Source: an uncultured Neomegalonema sp.
Lineage (GTDB): Bacteria > Pseudomonadota > Alphaproteobacteria > Rhodobacterales > Rhodobacteraceae
Direction of reading: 5' to 3'
Assembly: GCA_937990185.1 (NCBI GenBank)
Contig: CALKBI010000049.1
Span: forward strand, 6,849 to 70,848
DNA length: 64,000 bases
In this document: one piece after another, positions 21,524 to 33,100 of the stretch
Position numbering within the stretch: the stretch's first letter is position 1
How the letters are laid out: each line of letters starts with the position of its first letter
Program-made: the position numbers and the translations under genes
The notes under the pieces: model-generated
The model's input: the letters and a program-made list of their open reading frames with translations, nothing else
The model's database searches: none
What the model was told of the DNA's origin: nothing

Positions 21524-21643
21524 GTATATCCGGTCGTGCCCCCAAAAGTGGAATATAGCCTGACAGAAAAAGGTCATCGGCTCACACCCGTTATTGAGGC
21601 ATTGTATTTTTGGGGCCGCGATGATGCTCTGAAACGCGCTTAG
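21524..21643 (+). pseudogene. C-terminal remnant of an HxlR-family transcriptional regulator
   Basis: My translation [39 protein letters not shown] matches the conserved wing/C-terminal helix of HxlR regulators. No matching N-terminal part appears in any frame upstream. Confidence 0.55.
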
Positions 21644-21910
21644 CTTCGTTGCTTGAAAAGACTTATCAGACGTCTACCGAAAGTAGATATGACAGCAGAA
21701 TGACTGCCATTTCATAGTCCATAGCAATCTTGCCCCCTCCAGCGATTTCCCCCTCTTTCAGTTGCGACATGCTACTTATGGCGGTCTTTATTGATGCAAT
21801 ATTTCTCCGGTTTTGCACTTTACTGCGCATTGCGACTTCAAACCCCTTGACCAAAGTACCTTGTAGAGCGAGGTAGTCCCTAGAAATTCGACTGTTGGAG
21901 AGAGACCGCC

Positions 21911-23122
21911 GTGACGCGCCCCCTCACACAAGCACCTGCGAATTCCGGTGCTGGCGAGAGGCCACGCTGGACTATTCCTGCGGTTTTGATCGCTTGCATG
22001 TGCGTTTCAATTCTTTCAACAGACCTCTACACGCCTAGTCTTCCGCACTTAACCCGCGTATTCGGTGTTGATGCGGGCATCGTGCAGATGACGATGAGCG
22101 CAAACTTTATCGGCTATGCGATTGGTCCCTTCGCGATTGGGCCATTATCCGACCGGTTCGGGCGCAGGCCTTTGCTCTCGTATTGTATGATCTTTTTTGC
22201 GCTGTTCAGTCTTGCCTGTGCTTTTGCACCGACAATCGAATTCCTGATCGGCGCGCGTGCTTTTCAAGGTGCGGCAGGTTCGGTCGTATCGGTGCTGGGC
22301 GTCGTGATTATCCGTGATCTCTACAAAGGGCCGGATGCCTTACGAGTTCTCAGCATCTATGGCGCGGCAATCGGTGTTGCCCCCGCTTTGGGTCCGGTGC
22401 TGGGAGGCTGGGTTCATGTTAATTTTGGTTGGGAAGCAAACTTTTTCATCCTGACTGGGCTAGGGGTTGCTGTTGCCGGGGCCGCATGGATCATTGTGCC
22501 GGAGACGGGAAGGCGGACACCCCTTGATATCCGTTTATCTTTACGGCGGTATTCCGGCCTTTTGCGCGATCCGCGCTTTGTCCTTCCCGGATTAGCGATC
22601 TCGTCGGTGTTTGCGGGCCTATTCGCTTATATCACCGCCGGGCCTTTCCTGCTGATAGATCATCTCGGTGTTCCGACTGAGAAATACGGGTATTATTATG
22701 GTGTGGGCGTTCTCGCCTATATTTTCGGCGCTGGTTTAGCGAACCAACTCGCAGAGAAAGCAGGTCCAAGAACCATTATGCAGATCGGGGTCGCCATATC
22801 GCTGATCGGTGCATTTTTAATGTTGCTTCTTGACCTTACCGATATGATTTCGGCGATCACAATCGTCTTCGCAATGTCGGTATTTTCGCTGGGCCTTGGC
22901 CTGACATTCTCTGCCGCGCCTTTGGTTATGTTGGCGCATGTGTCGAAACAGCATGGCGCGGCTGCGGGCGTCTTATTCGGAGCAGGGCAGAGCCTTGGCG
23001 CGGCAATCGGTGCGTATTCTGTCGCCTCTTATTATGACGGGACGGCGACGCCGCTTGTATTGGCAATTCTAATCTTCACGGGCCTCGGGGCTTTGTTCGT
23101 CGTTTGCGCGCGGCCCCGCTAA
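21911..23122 (+). CDS. MFS transporter, Bcr/CflA-type drug efflux family
   Basis: 12-TM-like profile with the GPLSDRFGRRP motif between TM2 and TM3. GTG start. Confidence 0.85.
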   Translation: MTRPLTQAPANSGAGERPRWTIPAVLIACMCVSILSTDLYTPSLPHLTRVFGVDAGIVQMTMSANFIGYAIGPFAIGPLSDRFGRRPLLSYCMIFFALFSLACAFAPTIEFLIGARAFQGAAGSVVSVLGVVIIRDLYKGPDALRVLSIYGAAIGVAPALGPVLGGWVHVNFGWEANFFILTGLGVAVAGAAWIIVPETGRRTPLDIRLSLRRYSGLLRDPRFVLPGLAISSVFAGLFAYITAGPFLLIDHLGVPTEKYGYYYGVGVLAYIFGAGLANQLAEKAGPRTIMQIGVAISLIGAFLMLLLDLTDMISAITIVFAMSVFSLGLGLTFSAAPLVMLAHVSKQHGAAAGVLFGAGQSLGAAIGAYSVASYYDGTATPLVLAILIFTGLGALFVVCARPR

Positions 23123-23261
23123 CACCTGACTTTCAAGGCTGTAAGCGAAAAGCGATTAACAAAAATCGCCGAAAACTCCCTCACGAAGCCATGCGTTGAA
23201 GCCAACGGCGAAATGCGTAGAGTGCAGCTCGAATAACGATTATTTTCGGGAAATGAATCGC

Positions 23262-25430
23262 ATGACGCAACGGATCGACGCAAACGGACTACAAGTCGCA
23301 AAAGAGTTGTATGATTTTATCGAAACCGAGGCTTTGCCCGGCACGACTATAGACAGCGCCGCATTTTGGCAGGGCTTTTCGGCCATTATCCATGATTTAA
23401 CGCCAAAAAACCGCGCTTTGCTTGGCAAGCGTGACGATCTGCAAGCCAAGCTGGATGCTTGGCATAAGGCAAATCCCGGAAAACCGGACATGGCCGCCTA
23501 CAAAAGTTTTCTCACAGAAATCGGCTATCTTATTCCTGAGGGCGCGGATTTTTCCGCTGATTCCCAGAATATCGATACCGAGATCACTACGCTTGCCGGT
23601 CCGCAACTGGTCGTGCCAATCACAAATGCCCGCTATGCGCTTAATGCTGCAAATGCGCGTTGGGGCAGCCTTTATGATGCGCTCTACGGCACGGATGCGA
23701 TGGGCGATTTGCCGGGCGGCAAAGACTACGATGTGGGTCGCGGCGATCGGGTGATCGACTGGACAATGGGTTTTCTGGACGATGTTGCTCCGCTTCAAGG
23801 CGCAGGTTGGGCTGATCGTTCAGGCTTCGCGATTGAGGGCGGTAAACTGCATGTTCTTGGCAAAGACGGACAGCCCCTCCGTTTGGCAAATGAAGATCAG
23901 TTTGTTGGGTATAATGGCCCGATTGAAAGCCCGACGGCGCTGGTGCTGCGCAACAACGGTCTTCATATCCAATTGATCATTGATCGCGCGCATCGGATTG
24001 GCGAGCGCGATAATGCCGGGATTGCTGATGTGATCCTCGAAGCCGCTGTCTCCACGATTTGCGATTGCGAAGATTCGGTCGCCTGTGTCGATGCCGAAGA
24101 CAAAACGCTCGCCTATCGCAACTGGCTCGGGTTGATGACCGGCGAGCTTGCGGATTCGTTTGAGAAGAACGGCGAGACAATGACCCGCCGCCTTCGCGCT
24201 GATTACGAATATACATCTACCTCAGGCGAGACGGTGCGCTTGCATGGACGCTCCATGCTGCTGGTTCGGAATGTTGGGCATTTGATGACCAATCCCGCCA
24301 TGCTCGATCGCGACGGAAACGAAGTATTCGAAGGGCTGATGGATGCCGTTGTAACCTCGTTGATTGCGCTTCGTGATCTCTCGAAAGAGGGCTCGCATCA
24401 ATTCCGCAACACGCGCTCAGGCTCGGTCTACATCGTCAAACCCAAGATGCATGGTCCCGAAGAAGCCGCGTTCACCGACGAAATCTTTGGCCGTGTTGAA
24501 GACCTGCTCGGGATGAAGCGGAACACGCTTAAAGTCGGTGTAATGGACGAAGAACGCCGCACTTCGGTTAATCTCAAAGAGACAATCCGCGCAGTGAAAA
24601 GCCGGGTCTTCTTTATCAACACCGGCTTCCTCGACCGCACGGGTGACGAGATGCACACCTCGATGGAGGCGGGTCCAATGATCCGTAAGGCCGAGATGAA
24701 AGGCAGCGAATGGATCGCCGCCTATGAAGACTGGAATGTCGATGTCGGCTTGGCTTGCGGTCTGCGCGGGAAAGCGCAAATCGGCAAAGGCATGTGGGCC
24801 GCGCCGGATCGGATGGAAGCAATGCTCGTCGAGAAAGTCGGACATCCGAATGCAGGCGCGAATACAGCTTGGGTTCCGTCTCCGACGGCGGCAACGCTGC
24901 ACGCCACGCATTATCACCGCGTCGATGTTGCGGCGCGCCAAGAAGAGTTGATCTCAAGCGGTCCCCGCGCTTCGCTCGATGGTTTGCTAACCATTCCGCT
25001 GGCATCCAATACCAATTGGCCTGACGAAGACCTGACCGCAGAGCTGGAGAATAACGCCCAAGGCATCTTCGGTTATGTCGTGCGTTGGATTGACCAAGGG
25101 GTCGGCTGTTCGAAAGTCCCCGACATCAACGACATTGGCCTTATGGAAGATCGCGCGACCTTGCGGATCTCTGCTCAGCATATCGCCAACTGGCTGCACC
25201 ACGGTATCGTCACCGAAGACCAAGTGATGACCGTGATGAAGCGTATGGCCGAAAAGGTGGATGGCCAAAACGCAGGCGACCCGCTCTATGAAGCCATGGC
25301 TCCCGGTTATGATGGCATCGCGTTCAAGGCCGCTTGCGATCTCGTCTTCAAGGGCGTCTCTCAACCGTCCGGTTATACCGAGCCGATCCTACATGCGCGC
25401 CGCCTTGAGAAAAAAGCGGCGGCAGGCTGA
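23262..25430 (+). CDS. glcB: malate synthase G
   Basis: About 720-aa translation typical of GlcB (RIDANGLQV...PGT...[11 protein letters not shown]...MDEERRTS...). The start could also be 23253. Confidence 0.95.
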   Translation: MTQRIDANGLQVAKELYDFIETEALPGTTIDSAAFWQGFSAIIHDLTPKNRALLGKRDDLQAKLDAWHKANPGKPDMAAYKSFLTEIGYLIPEGADFSADSQNIDTEITTLAGPQLVVPITNARYALNAANARWGSLYDALYGTDAMGDLPGGKDYDVGRGDRVIDWTMGFLDDVAPLQGAGWADRSGFAIEGGKLHVLGKDGQPLRLANEDQFVGYNGPIESPTALVLRNNGLHIQLIIDRAHRIGERDNAGIADVILEAAVSTICDCEDSVACVDAEDKTLAYRNWLGLMTGELADSFEKNGETMTRRLRADYEYTSTSGETVRLHGRSMLLVRNVGHLMTNPAMLDRDGNEVFEGLMDAVVTSLIALRDLSKEGSHQFRNTRSGSVYIVKPKMHGPEEAAFTDEIFGRVEDLLGMKRNTLKVGVMDEERRTSVNLKETIRAVKSRVFFINTGFLDRTGDEMHTSMEAGPMIRKAEMKGSEWIAAYEDWNVDVGLACGLRGKAQIGKGMWAAPDRMEAMLVEKVGHPNAGANTAWVPSPTAATLHATHYHRVDVAARQEELISSGPRASLDGLLTIPLASNTNWPDEDLTAELENNAQGIFGYVVRWIDQGVGCSKVPDINDIGLMEDRATLRISAQHIANWLHHGIVTEDQVMTVMKRMAEKVDGQNAGDPLYEAMAPGYDGIAFKAACDLVFKGVSQPSGYTEPILHARRLEKKAAAG

Positions 25431-25538
25431 TACGAACGGCGATGCCTTGAGACGAAGACTATCGGGCTTTTTCCATGATGTGATATTATGGAAAAAGCGC
25501 CCGCAGCCCTAAAGCGCCTTCCGAGGTAAGCGAGTTCA

Positions 25539-26432
25539 ATGACAGCGGACCGGCCCGTCACGGGTATCCTTCTCATGATCGGGTTTTGCGTCCTCGCGCC
25601 GCTGGGTGACGCGTTGGCGAAAGTCTTGGGTGAGACGATCCCGCTCGGACAGCTTGTGTTGACCAGATTCGCGGCGCAGGCTCTCTTGCTGTTGCCGATT
25701 GTGTGGTGGGTTGGCGGAACGCTTTGGATCAGCGGGCGCTTATTTCGCCTCACGCTGTTTCGTGCCGTTCTTCATATTATCGGTATCGGCGCGATGTTTT
25801 CGGCATTGAGATTTCTGCCGCTGGCTGATGCGCTTGCGATAGCTTTCGTGATGCCGTTTTTCTCGTTGCTTTTGGGGAAATATGTCCTCGATGAAGAGGT
25901 CGGTATCCGGCGCTTATCCGCGTGTTGCGTCGGATTTATCGGCACATTGCTGGTCATTCAACCCAGCTTTGCCGCCGTTGGTGCGCCTGCCTTATTGCCG
26001 TTGGTGGTCGCCGTGTCGTTCTCGCTCTTTATGCTCGTCACCCGCCATATCGCGAAGGAAATGGACCCGATCAGTTTACAGGCCACCAGTGGAGTGATCG
26101 CCTCCGTGATTTTATTGCTGATCTTCATCGCTGCGCCGGGTGACAGCGTAGAGGCATTAAAGGTGGTCGCCCCGGAGCGAGGGGAATGGATTCTGTTATT
26201 GCTTGTCGGAACCATAGGCACGCTCGCACATCTGTTGATGACTTGGTCGCTGCGCTTTGCGCCATCGGCCACCGTCGCGCCGATGCAATATCTGGAGATT
26301 CCGTTCGCAACCCTGATCGGCTGGTTGATTTTCAAAGACCTGCCGAACGGCCTTGCAGCGCTTGGGATTATCATCACGATGGCGGCGGGACTGTATATTA
26401 TCTTCCGCGAAAGAGCGCTCGCCACGCCGTAA
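25539..26432 (+). CDS. DMT superfamily (EamA-like) transporter
   Basis: 10-TM profile with two EamA-like halves. Confidence 0.8.
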   Translation: MTADRPVTGILLMIGFCVLAPLGDALAKVLGETIPLGQLVLTRFAAQALLLLPIVWWVGGTLWISGRLFRLTLFRAVLHIIGIGAMFSALRFLPLADALAIAFVMPFFSLLLGKYVLDEEVGIRRLSACCVGFIGTLLVIQPSFAAVGAPALLPLVVAVSFSLFMLVTRHIAKEMDPISLQATSGVIASVILLLIFIAAPGDSVEALKVVAPERGEWILLLLVGTIGTLAHLLMTWSLRFAPSATVAPMQYLEIPFATLIGWLIFKDLPNGLAALGIIITMAAGLYIIFRERALATP

Positions 26433-26437
26433 AGACC

Positions 26438-27544
26438 TTAAGTCTCGACTACCGCCTCGGCAACAGCATCTCCGATTGCAAGCGAAGCCGTCAGGCCGGG
26501 AGACTCAATTCCGTAAAGCATGACATGCCCCGGCAAATGCGTATCGACGACGTAATCCGGGTAGTCAGACCCTGCAATTTTTGGACGGATGCCAGAATAA
26601 TCCGCCGCGAGCACCCCACCGGGCAACCCTGGCCAATACCGCCGGATCGCCTCATAAAAACAGTCTCCCCGTGTCGGATCAACGCTGTAGTCTATTGCGG
26701 TAGGGTCATTCACGGGCAACCATTCCACATCAGGCCCGAACTTCGCGCGGCCCTGCATATCCAATGTCAGATGAACACCTAAGCCCCCGCCCGCCGGAGC
26801 AGGATAAATCAACCGCTTGAAAGGAGCCGCAACAGTTAGCGAGAAATAATTACCCTTTGCCAAGGCGAGAGTCGGGACAGTGGCTACCCCATCAATCTTT
26901 GCCGAAATTGATTGCGCCCAAAGACCACCCGCATTCACCACATGACGCGCAGTAATCAGTAATGGTTCATCGCCGCCCACTTTAAGGTCGATACGGCCAT
27001 CATCCCGAACATGCCCTCCTGTGACGGTGGAGCCGGTAACAAGCTGTGCGCCATGCGCTTCTGCCTCGCCGAGATACGCGAGCATCAAGGCGTGACTATC
27101 AATAATCCCCGTTTCCGGTGACAGCAGCGCACCGGAAACATTCAGTTCAGGCTCCAGTGCCAACGTCTCTGATCGGGAAAGTTGGCGCATTCCTTCAACG
27201 CCATTCGCGGCGGCTTTTTCCGCAACGCTATCGAGCATTGGAATCTCGGAGTCGTCTGCTGCAACAATCAGCTTGCCGCATTTCTTATGCGGAACACCAT
27301 TGACTGCCGCATAATTATACAGTGCGCGGCGTCCCTCCACACAGAACTGCGCTTTCAGTGATCCCGCGGCATAGTAAATGCCCGCATGGATAACTTCTGA
27401 ATTTCTGGCGCTTGTCTCCTCGCCAAACACCGCGTTCTTTTCGAGGACCAAGACCTCATGTCCAGCCCGTGCAAGTGACCGCGCACAAGCAAGGCCAATA
27501 ACCCCCGCACCGATAACAACAGTATCAATCTCGTAGTGATCCAT
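26438..27544 (-). CDS. FAD-dependent oxidoreductase (DAO / L-2-hydroxyglutarate oxidase-like)
   Basis: VVIGAGVIGLACARSLA...VLVLEK dinucleotide fold. Start at MDHYEID (ATG 27544). Confidence 0.85.
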   Translation of the reverse strand: MDHYEIDTVVIGAGVIGLACARSLARAGHEVLVLEKNAVFGEETSARNSEVIHAGIYYAAGSLKAQFCVEGRRALYNYAAVNGVPHKKCGKLIVAADDSEIPMLDSVAEKAAANGVEGMRQLSRSETLALEPELNVSGALLSPETGIIDSHALMLAYLGEAEAHGAQLVTGSTVTGGHVRDDGRIDLKVGGDEPLLITARHVVNAGGLWAQSISAKIDGVATVPTLALAKGNYFSLTVAAPFKRLIYPAPAGGGLGVHLTLDMQGRAKFGPDVEWLPVNDPTAIDYSVDPTRGDCFYEAIRRYWPGLPGGVLAADYSGIRPKIAGSDYPDYVVDTHLPGHVMLYGIESPGLTASLAIGDAVAEAVVET

Positions 27545-27606
27545 CCGGCGGTTATAACAGGTTGCCAAAGCACAGAAAGCGTTACGGATGCTAATTTCAT
27601 CGCCGA

Positions 27607-27715
27607 TAAAAAAACGCCGCACTTTCGTACGGCGTCTAGAGTTCAGGGAGGAACCAATGCGCGCGAGAGCGCTAAATTGGTTACACGATCACCCTGACTG
27701 TTATCCATGAAGATC
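27607..27715 (-). ncRNA. candidate small RNA or 5'-leader element with CCUCCC motif and intrinsic terminator
   Basis: The minus strand shows hairpin aaccaat...attggtt (27652-27682), then single-stranded ccuCCCugaac, then stem gacgccgtac-gaaa-gtgcggcg followed by U7 (27607-27636). The 5' end is a guess. Confidence 0.3.
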
Positions 27716-27863
27716 GCTGTGACGCAACGCACAGACGTGCTTTTCACCGGCAAGCATCTGAATTTTTGCCCTCACAAGGGCTTTCGGAGTGAAACCGCTT
27801 CACACTGACGCTTAAAATGCTCTATACCCCGCCAAAAGCTCAGTTCTCATGGAAAGTCCGGCT

Positions 27864-28430
27864 ATGGCCAAGATCAACGGCAACGAAATCCGCATCGGCA
27901 ATATCATTGAACATGATGGCGGTCTCTGGATTGCAGTGAAAACCCAGCACGTCAAACCCGGCAAAGGCGGTGCTTTTGCTCAGGTAGAGCTAAAGAACCT
28001 CAGAAACGGTTCCAAACTCAACGAACGCTTCCGGTCTGCCGATAAGGTGGAAAAGGTTCGTCTTGAACAAAAGAAACAGCAGTTCCTCTATGAAAATGAC
28101 GGAATGCTGGTGTTCATGGATAATGACACCTATGAGCAAATCGAACTGCCAGCGGACATCCTCGGCGAGCGCCGGGCCTACCTGCAAGACGGCATGATGG
28201 TCGAAATCGAATATTACGAGGAAGAGGCTCTGTCAGCGCAACTTCCTGAGAAAGTCATTTGCGAGATTGCGGATACCGAACCAGTCGTAAAAGGCCAGAC
28301 AGCGGCGAACTCTTTCAAGCCTGCAGTGCTCGATAATGGCGTTCGTGTCATGATCCCTCCTTTTGTCGGCGTCGGTGAAAAGATCGAAGTTATGACAGAA
28401 ACGGGCGATTACGTTTCGCGGGCATCGTAG
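27864..28430 (+). CDS. efp: elongation factor P
   Basis: [13 protein letters not shown]...[16 protein letters not shown]... Confidence 0.95.
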   Translation: MAKINGNEIRIGNIIEHDGGLWIAVKTQHVKPGKGGAFAQVELKNLRNGSKLNERFRSADKVEKVRLEQKKQQFLYENDGMLVFMDNDTYEQIELPADILGERRAYLQDGMMVEIEYYEEEALSAQLPEKVICEIADTEPVVKGQTAANSFKPAVLDNGVRVMIPPFVGVGEKIEVMTETGDYVSRAS

Positions 28431-28526
28431 AATAAAGACTACACTCGTTATGAACGGGGGCGCTGTTTACACACTGAGTCCCTGAATATGAGGGGCAGTC
28501 CGGCCCTCAATTTAGTGGATAATCCA

Positions 28527-29315
28527 ATGGCCAATTATACCGCCAATCTCAATGTCATGGTCAAAGCCGCGCGGAATGCTGCGCGGGGATTGATCCGCGA
28601 TTTTGGCGAGGTCGAAAACCTGCAAGTTTCGATTAAAGGCGTCTCTGATTTCGTCTCTAATGCAGATGTCAAAGCAGAAGAGCGCATTCGTGCTGATCTG
28701 ACCTACGCACGCCCTGCTTATGGATGGCTGGGTGAAGAGAGCGAAGAAGTCATAGGCGATGATGAGACGCGCCGCTGGATTGTCGACCCGCTCGATGGGA
28801 CAACGAACTTCCTGCACGGCTTGCCGCATTGGGCGATTTCGATTGCGATGGAGCACAAAGGCGAGGTGGTTGCCGCCGTCGTCCTCGACCCTGCAAAAGA
28901 CGAGATGTTCACCGCTGAAAAAGGTCAGGGCGCATGGATGAACGGACGCCGCATCCGCGTTTCCGCGCGCCGTGATCTGTCCGAATGTATCTTTGCGACC
29001 GGCGTTCCTTTCGGGTCGAAAAAGACATTGCCCGATACGATGAACGAATTAATGCGCCTGATGCCGGTTTGCGCCGGTGTCCGCCGGTTCGGGTCAGCCG
29101 CTCTCGATCTCGCCTATGTTGCGGCAGGCCGCTACGACGGCTATTGGGAACGCGAGCTTAGCCCATGGGATGTCGCTGCCGGATTGCTCTTGGTTCGCGA
29201 AGCTGGTGGATTAGTCAGCGATCTTGACGGCGGACGGAATGTGTTCAGCACAGGTGATGTTCTTGCCAGCAATCCCGACATTCACGCCAAGTTCGTTAAA
29301 AGCTTGAAGGGTTAG
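28527..29315 (+). CDS. suhB: inositol monophosphatase family protein (SuhB-like)
   Basis: WIVDPLDGTTNF, WAISIA and PWDVAAG motifs. Confidence 0.9.
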   Translation: MANYTANLNVMVKAARNAARGLIRDFGEVENLQVSIKGVSDFVSNADVKAEERIRADLTYARPAYGWLGEESEEVIGDDETRRWIVDPLDGTTNFLHGLPHWAISIAMEHKGEVVAAVVLDPAKDEMFTAEKGQGAWMNGRRIRVSARRDLSECIFATGVPFGSKKTLPDTMNELMRLMPVCAGVRRFGSAALDLAYVAAGRYDGYWERELSPWDVAAGLLLVREAGGLVSDLDGGRNVFSTGDVLASNPDIHAKFVKSLKG

Positions 29316-29505
29316 AGCATAGACGCTCTTCGGCATTTGATGGGTCATGCCGAATCTGGTCCATATCTCTTGATACAAATATGAATGACCGTTTTGGATG
29401 TGATCTTTTGTAGAGAAGATCGTCAGGCACGATCATCCTTGAATGCATGATCTGCAATTGATAATCTCGGAATTGCGGGGCGCTCGAAACTACGGAGCGA
29501 GTTCT

Positions 29506-29934
29506 ATGAAAACTCTCACGTCACTTATTTTTATCTCGACCCTGACCGTCCTTTCCGCTTGCGCGACAACGGGTCAAAACGTGACCGCGACAACGGAAGC
29601 CCTTAAAGGAGAAATCGTCCTTTCAGAGCCTATCGAAAACATAAGCGCGACCGGCGGTAGAGCAGCGATTGCCGTTGGTTCCGCAGTCGTGGGCGCTCTT
29701 ATTCCCGGTCCTTGGGGAAGCGTTGCGAGTGTTGCCACTGGACAGGCAGGCAACGTCGCTGTTTCAAATTCGGGTGCGACAGGTTCGACCCGGTATCATG
29801 TACGCTTACCGGATGAGACTATCGTCGCTTACGATCAAGCGCAGGCTCCATCGCTTGCCACCGGGACGCCGGTAGACATCATTACGATGTCGGACGGTTC
29901 AAAACGTGTGATCCCGACAAAGGCAGCTCAATAG
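29506..29934 (+). CDS. hypothetical lipoprotein (Gly-rich)
   Basis: MKTLTSLIFISTLTVLSAC lipobox, followed by a Gly/Ala/Val-rich segment. Confidence 0.6.
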   Translation: MKTLTSLIFISTLTVLSACATTGQNVTATTEALKGEIVLSEPIENISATGGRAAIAVGSAVVGALIPGPWGSVASVATGQAGNVAVSNSGATGSTRYHVRLPDETIVAYDQAQAPSLATGTPVDIITMSDGSKRVIPTKAAQ

Positions 29935-30104
29935 CTGATCCTTTTGGGCGCATGATAGAGTCAGACGAACAACCGGTAGTTTAATGATTGCTTGAGTTTG
30001 CGCTAAACAAAAACAAGCTCATTGTAACAATTGTTTGATTATGAAACATAATAGGTTGGTCCACGTTGTTATTCAGTAAGTGAAAAACAACGGGGTCAAT
30101 CAAC

Positions 30105-33100
30105 GTGAGCTTTATATCAGAGTCGGACCGCTCTCAAGGTCAGTTACGCAGTATTGCAGCGCTATTTGAACGCTTTAACGCAAGATTTTCGAACAACGAC
30201 CGGGGCGGCAATAATAGCATTAGAGGCGGAGCACAAGGCCAATCGAATCCGAGTGGCAATGCATCCTCGAGCGAAAAACTCCGCCCAACAACACCAACAA
30301 TTGTGTCTCGCAGTGAAACACTTGACTCCGGTCCCGCGACTTCAGCACCGGGCGTCGCAGTTTCATTATCCGGCGGAGGAACGAACGCGGGCGCGTCGCT
30401 GCTGAATCAGGGAGCGATTGTTGGGCGCGGCCAAGCCCCCGCATCTGACGTGACCGCTGGGGATGGTGTGCGGTTCGAAGGTCCTCGCGCTGCTGAAGGC
30501 GGCTTCGAGGCTGCATCATTCGGGGGCATCGTTGCCAATCAGGGTAGCATCACTTCTGAAAGCGAAGTTGGTTCAACGGCGGGTCTGCGATTTGTGGATG
30601 GCGTTGGTGTGCAAGGGCCGGTCATTAATGCTCCCGGCGGCGAGATTTCGGGAACCAATAACGGCGTCTACTTTGGTGAAGCGGATCACTCTGGTGGACG
30701 CTTTGTGAATGCGGGAACTGTGAGTTCAGACAGCCGCGCTGTGAACATTGACGGTGACGGCCTACAGGTTGTGAATGCCGGCGCGATTGTCGGCACGGGT
30801 GATCAGCGTAACGGCACGGTTTATTCCGATAATACGGCGAGCAACTTCGATATCGTGAATACTGGCAGCGGTGTGATTGATGCTGGCGAAGGCAATGACG
30901 GCGCTGGCATTTCGTTATCGCTGGAGGCTGACGGTAGCAATGGCGAGATTAATGTCATCAACCAAGGTACTGTTGCCGGACGTGGCCAAGCTGATGCATC
31001 CGCTGCGACTGCTGGAGACGGCATTCGTCTTGAAGGCAACAGAAGCGCTGACGGTGTTCCGCCGGGTATCTTCGAAGGCAATGTCGTAAACCGGGGTAGC
31101 GTAACATCCGAAAGCGGTGTTGGCGCGACATCGGGCTTTCGCGCAGTTGATGGGCTTGGTGTTCAAGGCAACATCATCAATGGTCGCGGTGGCGAGATTT
31201 CGGGAACCAATAACGGCGTCTACTTTGGTGACGGTGATCACTCCGGTGGACGCTTTGTGAATGCGGGAACTGTGAGTTCAGACAGCCGCGCTGTGAATAT
31301 TGATGGTGACGGCCTACAGGTTGTGAATGCCGGCGCGATTGTCGGCACGGGTGATCAGCGTAACGGTACGGTTTATTCCGATAATACGGCGAGCAACTTC
31401 GACATCGTGAATACCGGCAGCGGTGTGATTGATGCTGGTGAAGGCAATGACGGCGCTGGCATTTCGTTATCGCTGGAGGCTGACGGTAGTAATGGCGAGA
31501 TCAATGTTGTGAACCGGGGCAGTATCTCTGGGCGTGGTCAGGGTGATGCATCCGCCGCTACCGCTGGAGACGGCATCCGTCTTGAAGGCAACAGAAGCGC
31601 TGACGGTGTTCCACCGGGTATCTTCGAAGGCAATGTCGTAAACCGGGGTAGCGTAACATCCGAGAGCGGTGTTGGAGCGACATCCGGCTTCCGCGCAGTT
31701 GATGGGCTTGGTGTGCAAGGCAACATCATCAATGGACGCGGCGGCGAGATTTCGGGAACCAATAACGGCGTCTACTTTGGTGACGGTGATCACTCCGGTG
31801 GACGCTTTGTGAATGCGGGAACTGTAAGCTCAGACAGCCGCGCTGTGAACATTGACGGTGATGGTCTGCAGGTTGTGAATACCGGCGCGATTGTCGGTAC
31901 GGGTGATCAACGTAATGGTACGGTTTATTCCGATAATACGGCGAGTAACTTCGACATCGTGAATACCGGCAGCGGTGTGATTGATGCCGGCGAAGGCAAT
32001 GAAGGCGCGGGCATTTCGCTATCGTTGGAGGCTGACGGCAGCAACGGTGAGATCAATGTTGTGAACCGGGGCAGTATCTCTGGGCGTGGTCAGGGTGATG
32101 CATCCGCCGCTACCGCTGGAGACGGCATCCGCCTTGAAGGCAACAGAAGCGCTGACGGCGTTCCGCCGGGTATCTTCGAAGGCAATGTCGTAAACCGGGG
32201 TAGTATCGCGTCTGAAAGCGGTGTCGGTCCAACAGCAGGCTTCCGCACAGTCGATGGGCTTGGTGTTCAGGGGAATGTCGTCAACCGCGCTGGTGGCGAA
32301 ATTTCTGGAACCAATAACGGCGTTTATTTTGGTGACGGTGATCACTCCGGTGGCCGCTTCGTGAATAGGGGGACTGTAAGTTCTGACAGCCGTGCGGTGA
32401 ACATTGACGGTGACGGCCTACAGACCGTTAACTCCGGTACAATCATCGGAACGGGCGATCAACGTAACGGCACGGTCTATGGTGATGGGTCGGCTGAAAA
32501 CTTCTCCGTTACCAATACTGCCAGTGGTGTGATTGATGCCGGTGAAGGTAATAACGGTTCTGCCCTCGCCCATGAAATCGGCGATGAAACCGGAGACCTT
32601 GTTGATGGCAGCATTAACAATGCTGGCACACTTCAAGGGCGTGGGACCGGAGACACGGCGGCGACAATCGGCCATGGGCTTCGCCTCAATGGCGGTGCGG
32701 GAACTGAAGGAACCGCAGCCTTTACTGGTGATATTGTCAACAGCGGAAATATTGCCGGTTCGGCAGATAGCGCCGCCGCCGCAGGCATCAGTATTGAGGA
32801 GGTCGGCGTTAGCGGTCCTATCGTCAACACTGGATCAGTTTCAGGGTCGGTCAATGCGATTGACGCTTCAACCGCGACCAGCGGCATTACCGTTGTGAAT
32901 GCTGGTGAGATTGATGGCAACGTGATCCTGTCGGAGAACGATGATGTCTTCACGCTGAGAGAAGGCGGGTCCATTGATGGTCTGGTCGATGGCGGAGAGG
33001 GTTTCGATACTCTCAATCTCGACTTCGATGATGAAGCTGCTGCGGTTCAATTTGCCAATAGCGAAGACATCAGCGGCTTTGAGCGTATTAACATTAGTGG

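Noticed and set aside
21666-21854. 62-aa minus-strand ORF between the HxlR remnant and the MFS gene
   Set aside because: It is short with no SD or motif support and could be noise. I left it unannotated.
25466-25498. 11-bp perfect inverted repeat gctttttccat-N11-atggaaaaagc downstream of glcB
   Set aside because: The stem is AT-rich and has no T-tract, so it may be a weak terminator or chance. There is no further context to make it interesting.
30915-32345. Three nearly identical 108-aa minus-strand ORFs (30915-31241, 31467-31793, 32019-32345)
   Set aside because: They recur every 552 bp only because they lie antisense within the tandem repeats of the large plus-strand gene. They are repeat shadows, not a gene family.
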